A stretch of DNA of 60,097 nucleotides, filler included. It is 5 parts of 5 records of this genome, joined end to end, with 100 filler letters (N's around TTAATTAATTAA, not from the genome) between each part and the next. Parts side by side here need not be neighbours in the genome. Positions count along the whole stretch, not along the records: positions 51,542 to 60,097 come from DRR378314_1870; 4 more parts are not named here. One strand, written 5' to 3'. The notes beneath the pieces are model-generated. The model did not search any database. It was not told the DNA's origin and was given only the letters and a program-made list of their open reading frames with translations. Positions 51,724 to 60,097 of this stretch are shown piece by piece (the first letter of the stretch is position 1; each line of letters opens with the position of its first letter). The translations under genes and the position numbers were made by a program.

Positions 51724-52443
51724 ATGAAATCTGATAGATCCTTGCCTGCCCTCGATGCCTCAAGCTTCCAGGAGGTCGACCGCGACGCGCTCCTTTCCCC
51801 GACCCTGAGTGATCACAAGCCCCGCATCCTCCTGTTGCACGGATCTCTGCGCGAGCGGAGCTATTCCCGGCTTGCCAATGAGGAGGCTGCGCGCATCCTC
51901 CAGAAACTTGGCTGCGAAACGCGTGCGTTTGATCCAGCCGGCCTTCCCCTGGCGGATGGCGCCGATGAGTCCCATCCCAAGGTTCAGGAATTGAGGGACC
52001 TTGTGATGTGGTCCGAAGGCATGGTCTGGTGCTCACCAGAGAGACATGGCGCGATGTCCGGCCTCATGAAAACACAGATTGACTGGATTCCCCTCTCGCT
52101 CGGAGGCGTCAGGCCAACGCAAGGAAAGACGCTTGCCGTCATGCAAGTGTGCGGCGGATCACAGAGCTTCAATGCGGTGAATCAGTTGCGGATTCTTGGA
52201 CGCTGGATGCGCCTGATCACGATCCCGAACCAGTCTTCGGTCGCGAAGGCTTTCCTGGAGTTTGAAGACGACGGCCGCATGAAGCCGTCGCCCTATTATG
52301 ATCGGATCGTCGACGTGATGGAGGAACTCGTGAAGTTCACCCTGCTGACACGCGATCGCGCAGACTATCTTGTAGATAGGTATTCAGAGCGAAAGGAGAG
52401 CCCTGAAAAGCTCTCGAGGCGAGTCAATCAAAAGAGTATCTGA
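51724..52443 (+). CDS. arsH: NADPH-dependent FMN reductase ArsH
   Basis: [25 protein letters not shown]...[28 protein letters not shown]. Confidence 0.95.
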   Translation: MKSDRSLPALDASSFQEVDRDALLSPTLSDHKPRILLLHGSLRERSYSRLANEEAARILQKLGCETRAFDPAGLPLADGADESHPKVQELRDLVMWSEGMVWCSPERHGAMSGLMKTQIDWIPLSLGGVRPTQGKTLAVMQVCGGSQSFNAVNQLRILGRWMRLITIPNQSSVAKAFLEFEDDGRMKPSPYYDRIVDVMEELVKFTLLTRDRADYLVDRYSERKESPEKLSRRVNQKSI

Positions 52444-52462
52444 TCAAAACTCTTGGTACCGA

Positions 52463-53521
52463 TCACTCAGCGTCTTCTGAATAATGACCGGTCGGGCGAA
52501 GTCGGTCTTCCAGATTTCCGAGATCGCTCGTTACAAAATCATTGATCAGCTTACGGGCCTCTTCTTGCGCCTCCATATTGTCCTTGCTGCCGTCGGCCAC
52601 TTCGGCCGCGAGACTGAGAAGCGGCATGTAGAGTGCCTCGGTTTCGCCTTTGATGGTGATCGCGAATGCCTCATTCTCCGCTTCGATTCGGCTCCAATGG
52701 TCGCGCACACCAGCCCAGAATTCGGCGGTGCCGCTCCAATAGTCCGTCGCGATCTCGGTTTCGAAATCATCGTCGCGGCGATAGGTGTTCAGCCCCATCT
52801 CACGGGCCAGGATCTGAGGCGCATCACCGCTCAGTATGATTTTGCTGTTGTCTTGCTCATGTACCCAGCCCCACGGCGTGATGACATGCCGGTTCATGGC
52901 GTTAATGGCGTGATAGTCATCGCGCGTGGTCATGTCGCGGCGCGGCAATGGACGCCATTCATGAAGAGGCTGCCATTCGGCGACACCATTCTCGTGCGAC
53001 CAGGCCGCAACTGCGCCATAGCGCGGGGCATCATCCACCTGATAGACGGTTTGCGACCAGGTTCCGGCTCGCTCTTCTGCAGGCACATCACGCCACTCCC
53101 AAGCGTTGCCGCCGACAAAGGTCAGCACACGCGCTGGCTCGTACTGCCAATCCTGACGCCAATGCTTGATGGCCATCTTGTGTTCACCGCCCACCACGAG
53201 AATGTGCTGCAGACTGATGAAGTCTCCGCGATCTTCGACCACCAGCACAACTTCATCACCGCCAGAGACCTTGCGCGGCTTCAGATAGTAATCATCGGGG
53301 AAAGACACGGTCTCGTTGAAGTCGAACTTTACCTTGAAGTTTCCGGCCATGGACAAGATGGCTTCGCGGTCTGCCTGAAACTGGCTATCCGGCGTGTCTG
53401 CGACGAACTCGGAGACTGGCATCGGTGCTGTCTCTGCGGCTACGGGTGCTGTCGCACAGCCAGCCAGCCCGGCGCTCGCCAGAAGGGAAAAGGAGAAAAC
53501 GATCCGACTCATCGCAGCCAT
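52463..53521 (-). CDS. DUF6607-family lipoprotein
   Basis: Lipobox LAGC; DREAILSMAG.FKV.FDF.ET, LQHILV, KHWRQDW.YE, RPLPRR, GWVHEQDN. Confidence 0.75.
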   Translation of the reverse strand: MAAMSRIVFSFSLLASAGLAGCATAPVAAETAPMPVSEFVADTPDSQFQADREAILSMAGNFKVKFDFNETVSFPDDYYLKPRKVSGGDEVVLVVEDRGDFISLQHILVVGGEHKMAIKHWRQDWQYEPARVLTFVGGNAWEWRDVPAEERAGTWSQTVYQVDDAPRYGAVAAWSHENGVAEWQPLHEWRPLPRRDMTTRDDYHAINAMNRHVITPWGWVHEQDNSKIILSGDAPQILAREMGLNTYRRDDDFETEIATDYWSGTAEFWAGVRDHWSRIEAENEAFAITIKGETEALYMPLLSLAAEVADGSKDNMEAQEEARKLINDFVTSDLGNLEDRLRPTGHYSEDAE

Positions 53522-53577
53522 TGGTAGCCCTCTTAATACTTGCCTCCCCGGAACGGGTGAGAGGGCGCTCTAGCATC

Positions 53578-53600
53578 AATGATAATGATTTGCAATTGCA
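53578..53600 (-). promoter_or_regulatory. Fur/iron-responsive box upstream of the DUF6607 gene
   Basis: AATGATAATGATTTGCAATTGCA, close to the Fur consensus. Confidence 0.6.
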
Positions 53601-53613
53601 TATAATGCGGCTG

Positions 53614-54084
53614 CTAGCCAAGATCCCCGATATCAAGGAATGGCGCCGCATCAAGCTCCTCTGCATCGAGCAGGCGTGCCGATCTCTCCAGCGCTGCAAC
53701 CAGCATGGATTGCTGCCAATCCGGCAATTTGTCGAAGCGAGTGGCAAAGGTTTCGTGCAACGGGTCTGGTGCCACAGACAGCGCGGTCTTGCCCGCTGGC
53801 AGCAGGCTGAGCCAGACCTTCCGGCGATCAGTATCACAGCGACGACGTGCAATCAGTCCGCGCGCTTCCAGCTTGTCCACAAGGCTTGTTATCGTCGCGT
53901 GTTTCAATTGCGTGATTTCTGCAACGTGTCCTGCTGAGAGCTCACCTTGTTCTTCCAGCATACGCAGCACTGTCATCTGCGAAGGAGTCAAACCGGCTGT
54001 CTGGGCGAGCCGTTTCGACGCCAACTCCGTCATGCGCTGGATCTTTCGAAGTGCAATCAGGGCATCATCAGATCGCGTACTCAT
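53614..54084 (-). CDS. MarR-family regulator (EctR/CosR-like)
   Basis: ALIALRKIQR....SKRL....GLTPSQ, TITSLVDKLEARGLI.R...DRR, LPDWQQ. Confidence 0.85.
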   Translation of the reverse strand: MSTRSDDALIALRKIQRMTELASKRLAQTAGLTPSQMTVLRMLEEQGELSAGHVAEITQLKHATITSLVDKLEARGLIARRRCDTDRRKVWLSLLPAGKTALSVAPDPLHETFATRFDKLPDWQQSMLVAALERSARLLDAEELDAAPFLDIGDLG

Positions 54085-54088
54085 CAGC

Positions 54089-56086
54089 CTAGTCCCGATA
54101 GTGCGTCAGGGCAGGCCCCAACGCCGTTTTCAATGGCTCGAGATGTGCCTCATAAGGCCGCCACTGCTCAACCCCGCTTTTGTTAATGGGCTTGCGAACC
54201 TGCTCTGAACTGGCTGTGCGCACAGCCCGGTCTGTTTTGTGAAAGTCGACACAGGCCAGGTCGAAAGGCAGCCCACAATAGTCGAGAATGCGCCGCACCT
54301 GCCCCTCCAGGTCGTCGAGCACGTCTTCATGCTGAACGCGCAAGATGCGTCCTTCGGGCAGGACGCGCTCCCAATGCGCCATCAGGTCAACATAGCCGCG
54401 ATAATAATTCCCGATGTCTTCCAGGCTGTAGGTAAACTCCTGTCCTTCCGCGAAAAGTTGCTTGAAGCCGGACCAGCAGCAATCCATCGGATGTCGCCGC
54501 GCATCAATGATCTTCGCATTGGGCAGGATCAAATGGATCAGGCCAATATGGCGGAAATTGTTCGGCATCTTGTCAGTAAAGAAGGCCGCTCCCTGACGAT
54601 GGATGCGCGTAGTTTCAACATACTCCTCGCCCAGCGCCTGAAGATCGTCTGCGCCTAGTTCATGCAGTATGCGCGGATACCGCTCCCGATCCGTCAACTG
54701 CTTGCGCCCGCGAAGCCGATGGGCCAGCGAGAGGATATTGGGCAGCTCCAGCGTTCCATCTACGACTGGATGGGATGCAAGGATTTGTTCAATCAGCGTT
54801 GAACCCGCGCGCGGCAATCCCAGGATGAAGATCGGATCCGGCGCGTCACAGCCTTTTCCGGATTGGGCATCGAACAGGTCTTCCGTACAAATTGCCTTCT
54901 GCGCGTCAAACTCTTCATGCATCTGTTCAGTCGTGTACCGAACAGTCTGATGCTTCAGCGCATTTCCCTGCGCATATGCGGCGAACGCTGCATCATGATT
55001 TCCGCGATCTTCCTGGGCCTTGCCCAACGCGAAGGCGATGTGAATGCGTGACATATGATCAATGTCAGGTGCTGAGAATTGCGCCTGCAGCCTCGCCAGC
55101 TCTTCGTCGTCAAATTTGTACGTCTTCAGATTGGCAAGTCCATACCAGGCATCCCCCTGCCCCGGCGCAACATCCCTTGCGGCGCGATACGACGCAATCG
55201 CATCCTCCGTCCGGCCGCATGTCTTCAGCGCATGCCCGCGGGACACCAACGTTGCTGCATCGTCAGGAAGTTTTTGCAAGACCTTCTCGAACTGGTCCAA
55301 CGCAGTTTCATAGTCACCGGCCTGCATGCTTTCGATGGCAAAATGGGATTGGAACACAGGGTTGTCCGGGTCGCGCGCCATCAGCGTTTTGGCTTGCTCC
55401 AGCGCCTCGGAAAACCTCTGACGCTTCCGCAACACCTGGATATAATCGAGCCGTAGCTGAATATTGTCCGGATCAAGACCAACAGCGCTCTCAAGAAGAA
55501 AATCCGCATCTTCCTGCACGCCCAGTCGTGACCCGATATCGGCAAGCAAACGCATCCCCTCTACATGGGTCGGGTTCCGTTGAAGAAAGGCTCGCGCGAT
55601 CTCTTCTGCGCGGAAAATGCGCCCCTCATGGATATGGTTGGTCACTGCCAGCAACTCACGGGGCAACGCGCGAACACGATCTGCTTGAGCGCGTGCATTC
55701 ATCGCTGCTGTTGTATTTCCGGATTGCCCATACAACTCCGCAAGGGCTGTCCAGCTTGCCACAAGCGAGGGGTTGTATCGCGTCGCCCGCTCGAAGGCAG
55801 AGATCGCGCCCGCCATATCCCCAAGCTTGCGCTTCAGATGCCCCTCTTCCTGATACGCCCGGCCGAAATCCGGCGACACTGATTTCAACGCCGACAGATG
55901 CTGAACGGCGTCCTCATGACGCCCCTCATACCGCGCGCTGACAGCGGCCATGTAAAGCGCATCCTTGTGTTCAGGGTGTTCTGTCAGAATTGCGTCCGCA
56001 ATCGCGGCCGCCGCAGCAAAATTTCCTGACTGTATGGCCTTCTGCGCCTCTCTCAGGGAAGCTTCCGGATCAGCTGTAGTCGTCAT
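54089..56086 (-). CDS. TPR-repeat sulfotransferase-family protein
   Basis: N-terminal TPRs; PAPS-binding motifs FILGLPRAGSTL and IDARRHPMDCCWS; DKMPNNF, VRTAS.EQVR. Confidence 0.9.
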   Translation of the reverse strand: MTTTADPEASLREAQKAIQSGNFAAAAAIADAILTEHPEHKDALYMAAVSARYEGRHEDAVQHLSALKSVSPDFGRAYQEEGHLKRKLGDMAGAISAFERATRYNPSLVASWTALAELYGQSGNTTAAMNARAQADRVRALPRELLAVTNHIHEGRIFRAEEIARAFLQRNPTHVEGMRLLADIGSRLGVQEDADFLLESAVGLDPDNIQLRLDYIQVLRKRQRFSEALEQAKTLMARDPDNPVFQSHFAIESMQAGDYETALDQFEKVLQKLPDDAATLVSRGHALKTCGRTEDAIASYRAARDVAPGQGDAWYGLANLKTYKFDDEELARLQAQFSAPDIDHMSRIHIAFALGKAQEDRGNHDAAFAAYAQGNALKHQTVRYTTEQMHEEFDAQKAICTEDLFDAQSGKGCDAPDPIFILGLPRAGSTLIEQILASHPVVDGTLELPNILSLAHRLRGRKQLTDRERYPRILHELGADDLQALGEEYVETTRIHRQGAAFFTDKMPNNFRHIGLIHLILPNAKIIDARRHPMDCCWSGFKQLFAEGQEFTYSLEDIGNYYRGYVDLMAHWERVLPEGRILRVQHEDVLDDLEGQVRRILDYCGLPFDLACVDFHKTDRAVRTASSEQVRKPINKSGVEQWRPYEAHLEPLKTALGPALTHYRD

Positions 56087-56118
56087 GGCGTGGCAAGTAT
56101 CTCTCGCAAAAATGAAAA

Positions 56119-56145
56119 CAGCGCCCTGAACGTGTCAGGGCGCTG
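56119..56145 (-). terminator. Intrinsic terminator between the TonB receptor and the sulfotransferase
   Basis: CAGCGCCCTGA-ACGTG-TCAGGGCGCTG stem followed by TTTTCATTTTT on the minus strand. Confidence 0.75.
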
Positions 56146-56170
56146 CTTTGGTACCAAATTGGCGCCGGTC

Positions 56171-58741
56171 TTAGTAGTCGTAAGACACACGGATGCCGAT
56201 CGTGCGCGGACGCATCGGCGTGATGCGCTCACGGTCGTAGACAAAGCTGCCGCTAAGCTCGGCATATTCGTTCGTCAGATTGGTGGCGAAGATCTCCGCG
56301 CCCCAATTGTCGCCCGTGACGCCAAGCGTACCGCCAAGCGTGACATAGCCATCAAGCTCCATCTTGTTGATCTCGATCACGTCGCTGACAGAGTCATCCG
56401 AGAAAACAACCTGTGGCATCACATGCGCCGTCAGGCGCTGACCCGCGACTTCTTGCTCAAGGTCCCACTCATAACGCACACGCAGATTGCCTTGATAGGC
56501 TGGCGCAAACGCAAGGTCGGAACCTTCCTGAACATCATCTGTCGGCACGAGGACTTCGGTGATCTCCGTGTCGAGCAGCGAGAATGCGCCCGCAACGGTC
56601 AGACCATCGACAGAGGCCGGCGCCCAGGTGAAGTCGCCTTCGAGGCCCTGAATTTCAGCATTCGCCGCATTGTCCGAGAAGAACAGGTTCACGATAGACG
56701 GATCAAAGATCGTGGTCTGCAGGCCCTCAATGTCGACGAAGAAGGCGGAACCATTGAAGCGAAGCGAATTGTCGAACAGTTCTGTTTTCCAGCCCAGTTC
56801 GTAATTCTTCACTTCGTCCGTATCGACCGCATATGGAACCGTGTAGCCACCCGGACCGGATGCACCGCCCGGACGGTTGAGCAGGCCTGCGCGGAAGCCT
56901 TCGGAATAGGTCGCGTAGAACATGACATCATCTGTCGGCGTCCACTCGCCGGTCATCTTGTAGATCATGCCATCCGTCGCGGCCTTGTCTGGCGCATCGG
57001 CGGGGCCATTCGGACCGTAGATGGCCGAAATGTTCGTACCGAACACTTGCTGATCGGTGTCAGCAAACAGGTTGAAGAAGGACGAGTTGGCGCTGCCTTC
57101 AAGGTCAACCTCGACATCGTAATAGCGAGCCCCAACTGTGACGGCGAACTGGTCGGTCAGGTCGAACGTCGTCTCACCAAACAGACCAATTTGCTGGTCG
57201 GTCCGCAGCACGTCGTTGCGGAAGATCACGCCTTCCGGGAACGGTCCGGCGACGCTGTAATAGCCCGGAGATGCACTGCCAATCTCGCCGGTCACGTCCG
57301 TCTGGGTCAGAGGATAGTTCGGCGCAAAGCCGATCGAACCATCCGTATAGGCCACCTGTGTGGACCCCGGATAGACAAAGTCATTGCGCTCAGCCAGCTC
57401 AAGGTCGCTGTAGAAGGCACCAAAGGTCGCGCGCCAGCGATGCTCGCTCGGCGTGTTGAAGCGCAGCTCGTGCGTCTGAACCTTGGTTTCGCTGTGCGAA
57501 TTCACGAACAGGTTCGGCGCATAGCACGTGCCGGTCGGTGCGCCTGCCGGATAAGTGACCGAGTAGTCACAGATATAGTAAGGCAGGTACTGACCGACAA
57601 AGAGGTAGTCGGAATAGTCAACTGTCTGGTCCGTTGTCCGGTCGGTATACGCGCCGGTGTACAGAGCTTCCAGCGCACCGAGGCGACCTTCCAGCGTCCA
57701 GGACGTGTTGTGGAACTTGTCCTCAATGTTCTCTGGCGTGAAGCGAACGATGTCATAATCGTCCAGATCCGGGTCAGCGGCGAAAACGCCATCGGCCTCG
57801 ATCTGCTGCTGGGCGTGCGTGATCAGCAAATCCCAGTCTTCATTGATCTCGTAGAGACCGCTGAGACGGAAGCCCTGATAGGTAACATCGTTGATGTCAT
57901 TCTCGACGATGTTGCCATTGTTGGCGTCGACGAAGGTAACACCCGACAGATCAGCACCAGCCTGGAAGCCTTCGCGGTTGGCATTCACTGGCACACCATT
58001 GTCGCGGACCGTACCTTCAGCGCGGAAACGGGCCGAGTCACGAACAGACAATGTGCCGCCGACATTGTCGATGAAGCCGCCCTGAGTGTCGGTATAGATG
58101 ACGCCGCGCAGCGCAAGCTTGTCGCTGACCGGAACGTTGACCATCGCTTCAACACTGTTGCTCATCTCACCGCCATCGGTGAAAGACGTCGACGCATTGA
58201 ACCCGGCATCGAAACCGCTCAGCGAAGGCTTGTTCGTGATCATACGAACTGTACCAGCCTGGGAGCTGGAGCCGAATAGCGTGCCTTGCGGACCGGACAG
58301 AACCTCAACGCGTTCGATATCAGCTGCGTAGACATCCAGGTTACGACCCGGCTGGGCCAGCGGCTGCTCGTCGAGATAGAAGCTGACGTTCGGCGCAAGG
58401 CCAGCCACACCAGCAACCGTCAAATTCGGCGTGGTCGAAGCCAGACCGCGGATATAGATCGTGTTCTGGCCGGGGCCGGACCCACCTGCCGTCACCCCTG
58501 GCAGCTGAACCAGATAGTCGGAGAAATTCTTGACGCCGAGTTCCTTGAGCTGCTGCTCACCCAGCGCAGTTACAGCAACCGGCACATCCTGCGCGCTTTC
58601 TGTCCGCTTCGTCGCGGTGATGGTCACCGTCTGCAGGCGTTTGGCGCTGGTAGCTTCAGCTGGTGCATCCTGTGCCAGTGCAACTGGCGCGACCAGACTG
58701 GCCATCGCAAACAGCGAGGCTCCGTACTTTAGCTTCTTCAT
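56171..58741 (-). CDS. TonB-dependent outer-membrane receptor
   Basis: Signal peptide MKKLKYGASL, TVTITATKR..AQDVPVAV, IERVEVLSGPQGTLFG, C-terminal PRTIGIRVSYDY. Confidence 0.93.
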   Translation of the reverse strand: MKKLKYGASLFAMASLVAPVALAQDAPAEATSAKRLQTVTITATKRTESAQDVPVAVTALGEQQLKELGVKNFSDYLVQLPGVTAGGSGPGQNTIYIRGLASTTPNLTVAGVAGLAPNVSFYLDEQPLAQPGRNLDVYAADIERVEVLSGPQGTLFGSSSQAGTVRMITNKPSLSGFDAGFNASTSFTDGGEMSNSVEAMVNVPVSDKLALRGVIYTDTQGGFIDNVGGTLSVRDSARFRAEGTVRDNGVPVNANREGFQAGADLSGVTFVDANNGNIVENDINDVTYQGFRLSGLYEINEDWDLLITHAQQQIEADGVFAADPDLDDYDIVRFTPENIEDKFHNTSWTLEGRLGALEALYTGAYTDRTTDQTVDYSDYLFVGQYLPYYICDYSVTYPAGAPTGTCYAPNLFVNSHSETKVQTHELRFNTPSEHRWRATFGAFYSDLELAERNDFVYPGSTQVAYTDGSIGFAPNYPLTQTDVTGEIGSASPGYYSVAGPFPEGVIFRNDVLRTDQQIGLFGETTFDLTDQFAVTVGARYYDVEVDLEGSANSSFFNLFADTDQQVFGTNISAIYGPNGPADAPDKAATDGMIYKMTGEWTPTDDVMFYATYSEGFRAGLLNRPGGASGPGGYTVPYAVDTDEVKNYELGWKTELFDNSLRFNGSAFFVDIEGLQTTIFDPSIVNLFFSDNAANAEIQGLEGDFTWAPASVDGLTVAGAFSLLDTEITEVLVPTDDVQEGSDLAFAPAYQGNLRVRYEWDLEQEVAGQRLTAHVMPQVVFSDDSVSDVIEINKMELDGYVTLGGTLGVTGDNWGAEIFATNLTNEYAELSGSFVYDRERITPMRPRTIGIRVSYDY

Positions 58742-58991
58742 ATGTATTCCCTTTGGGTCGTCTCCAGCCATGGCGCGCCAAAAGCAGGCGCAGCTCGGAA
58801 CAAATGGCTGCTCGATGCGTCCGAGGTACAGGTTTATTTCGATGATAGAAAGGTTTTGCCCAGCTATTCGCCTGCAAAGGATGGGAATCGCCTCACAAGT
58901 GTTGCATCAATGGCGCACTTCGTTGTCTAGGCGAGACATTTTCCTCACATCGATGCTTTGATAATCTACGGATTTGCGGCACAAGCCAGAC

Positions 58992-60097
58992 ATGGACACA
59001 GATACTTCCGACACGCCCGCCGACCTCATCCAGGAAGATGAAGAGGCGCTTTTCGTTTACGAAACGGACTATGAAATCGGGCAGGACAATATCGAAGTCG
59101 CCGGATTGGATATCCACAACCCCGTCTTCTTTCTCAGTGCGGGCCTCATCATCCTGTTTTCCGGGCTGACGCTTCTGTTTCCGACGGTGTCATCTCAATA
59201 CCTGACCGCCGCCAAGACCTGGACCCTTCAAAGCGCGGACTGGCTCTTCGCCCTGACGGCGGTGCTGGTGTTCGGCTTCTGCATCGCATTGACCATCAGT
59301 CCGCTGGGCAAAATCCGCCTTGGCGGCCCCTCGGCGACACCGGACTTTTCGATCGTTTCCTGGGTCGCGATGCTGTTTGCCGCCGGAGTGGGCGTCGGCT
59401 TCATGTTCTACGGCGCAGCCGAGCCGCTAGCCTATTACACCGACTGGTACGGCATGCCGCTCAATGCCGAGCCGCTTACGGCCGAGGCCGAACGCCTTGC
59501 CTACAGCGCCACCATCTTCCATTGGGGCCTGGCGCCTTGGTGCATCTATGCGATCGTCGGCCTGTCGCTCGGCTTCTTCGCGCACAACAAGGGCCTCCCC
59601 CTCAGCATCCGGTCGGCTTTCTATCCCATTTTGGGAGAGCACGTCTGGGGCTGGCCGGGGCACATCATCGACCTCTTTGCTGTCGTCTCAACCGTGTTCG
59701 GGCTGGCCACGACAATCGGCATTGGCGCGACCCAAGCTGCAAGCGGGCTCGGCTATTTGCTCGGTTTTGAACCCAACGTGTACATCCAGATCCTGCTGAT
59801 CGTGGCGATGACCGGTCTGGCTGTCCTGTCTGTTCTTCGAGGGCTTGATGGCGGCGTCAAACTGCTCAGCAACATCAATATGGGGATCGCCTTCGCCCTG
59901 CTCATCTTTGTGATCATTGCCGGCCCGACCATCCTGATCTTCACAGGCATGGGTCAGAACCTCCTGACCTACATCACAGACATGCCCGCCTTGACGAATT
60001 GGGTACGCAGGCCGGACATCGCCTGGTTCCATGACTGGACGATCTTTTATTGGGCGTGGTGGATTTCCTGGTCACCTTTTGTCGGCATGTTCATTGC
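58992..60097 (+). CDS. BCCT-family (betaine/choline/carnitine) transporter, 3' truncated; absent from the ORF track because it runs off the window
   Basis: YETDYEIGQDNI..GLDIHNPVF, SWVAMLFAAGVGVG.MFYGAAEP, FHWG, WTIFYWAWWISWSPFVGMFI. Confidence 0.93.
   Translation, partial: MDTDTSDTPADLIQEDEEALFVYETDYEIGQDNIEVAGLDIHNPVFFLSAGLIILFSGLTLLFPTVSSQYLTAAKTWTLQSADWLFALTAVLVFGFCIALTISPLGKIRLGGPSATPDFSIVSWVAMLFAAGVGVGFMFYGAAEPLAYYTDWYGMPLNAEPLTAEAERLAYSATIFHWGLAPWCIYAIVGLSLGFFAHNKGLPLSIRSAFYPILGEHVWGWPGHIIDLFAVVSTVFGLATTIGIGATQAASGLGYLLGFEPNVYIQILLIVAMTGLAVLSVLRGLDGGVKLLSNINMGIAFALLIFVIIAGPTILIFTGMGQNLLTYITDMPALTNWVRRPDIAWFHDWTIFYWAWWISWSPFVGMFI

Noticed and set aside
56090-58279. 729-aa plus-strand ORF
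   Set aside because: Antisense shadow of the TonB receptor; the same applies to 52484-53527 opposite DUF6607.

Overview
The window is not one locus. It is five unrelated contigs joined by artificial 100-nt spacers (N-run + TTAATTAATTAA + N-run) at 10774-10873, 29493-29592, 36117-36216 and 51442-51541. (1) 1-10773, gammaproteobacterial (Alteromonadales-like): TonB-dependent receptor plus OmpR/sensor-kinase pair, acyltransferase-3 with a divergent membrane-anchored LytTR regulator, amidohydrolase with a membrane-anchored AraC regulator, and ribB under an FMN riboswitch. (2) 10874-29492, an intron-rich eukaryotic (protist-like) contig that the ORF track fragments. By hand I reconstructed spliced genes for an ASF1-fold-like protein, a plant-NPU-like membrane protein, a NEK/NIMA kinase and the inner-kinetochore protein CENP-I/Mis6. 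(3) 29593-36116, probably alphaproteobacterial and island-like: GNAT, a ~1340-aa PD-(D/E)XK-nuclease/STAND-ATPase/TPR protein (Avs/NLR-like) and a DUF3800 protein. This is the best candidate for an undescribed anti-phage system. (4) 36217-51441, Marinobacter-like: the end of an NRPS siderophore cluster (T-E-TE terminus, receptor, FhuBDCF, MbtH, SyrP-like hydroxylase, hydroxamate acetyltransferase, PPTase; Fur boxes and a PvdS-type promoter) abutting ychF-pth-rplY-prs. (5) 51542-60097, Hyphomonadaceae-like: tRNA-Arg 3' half, arsH, Fur-box-preceded DUF6607 lipoprotein, and a TonB receptor/TPR-sulfotransferase/MarR unit divergent from a BCCT transporter. All family and taxonomic calls come from motif recognition by eye; no searches were run.
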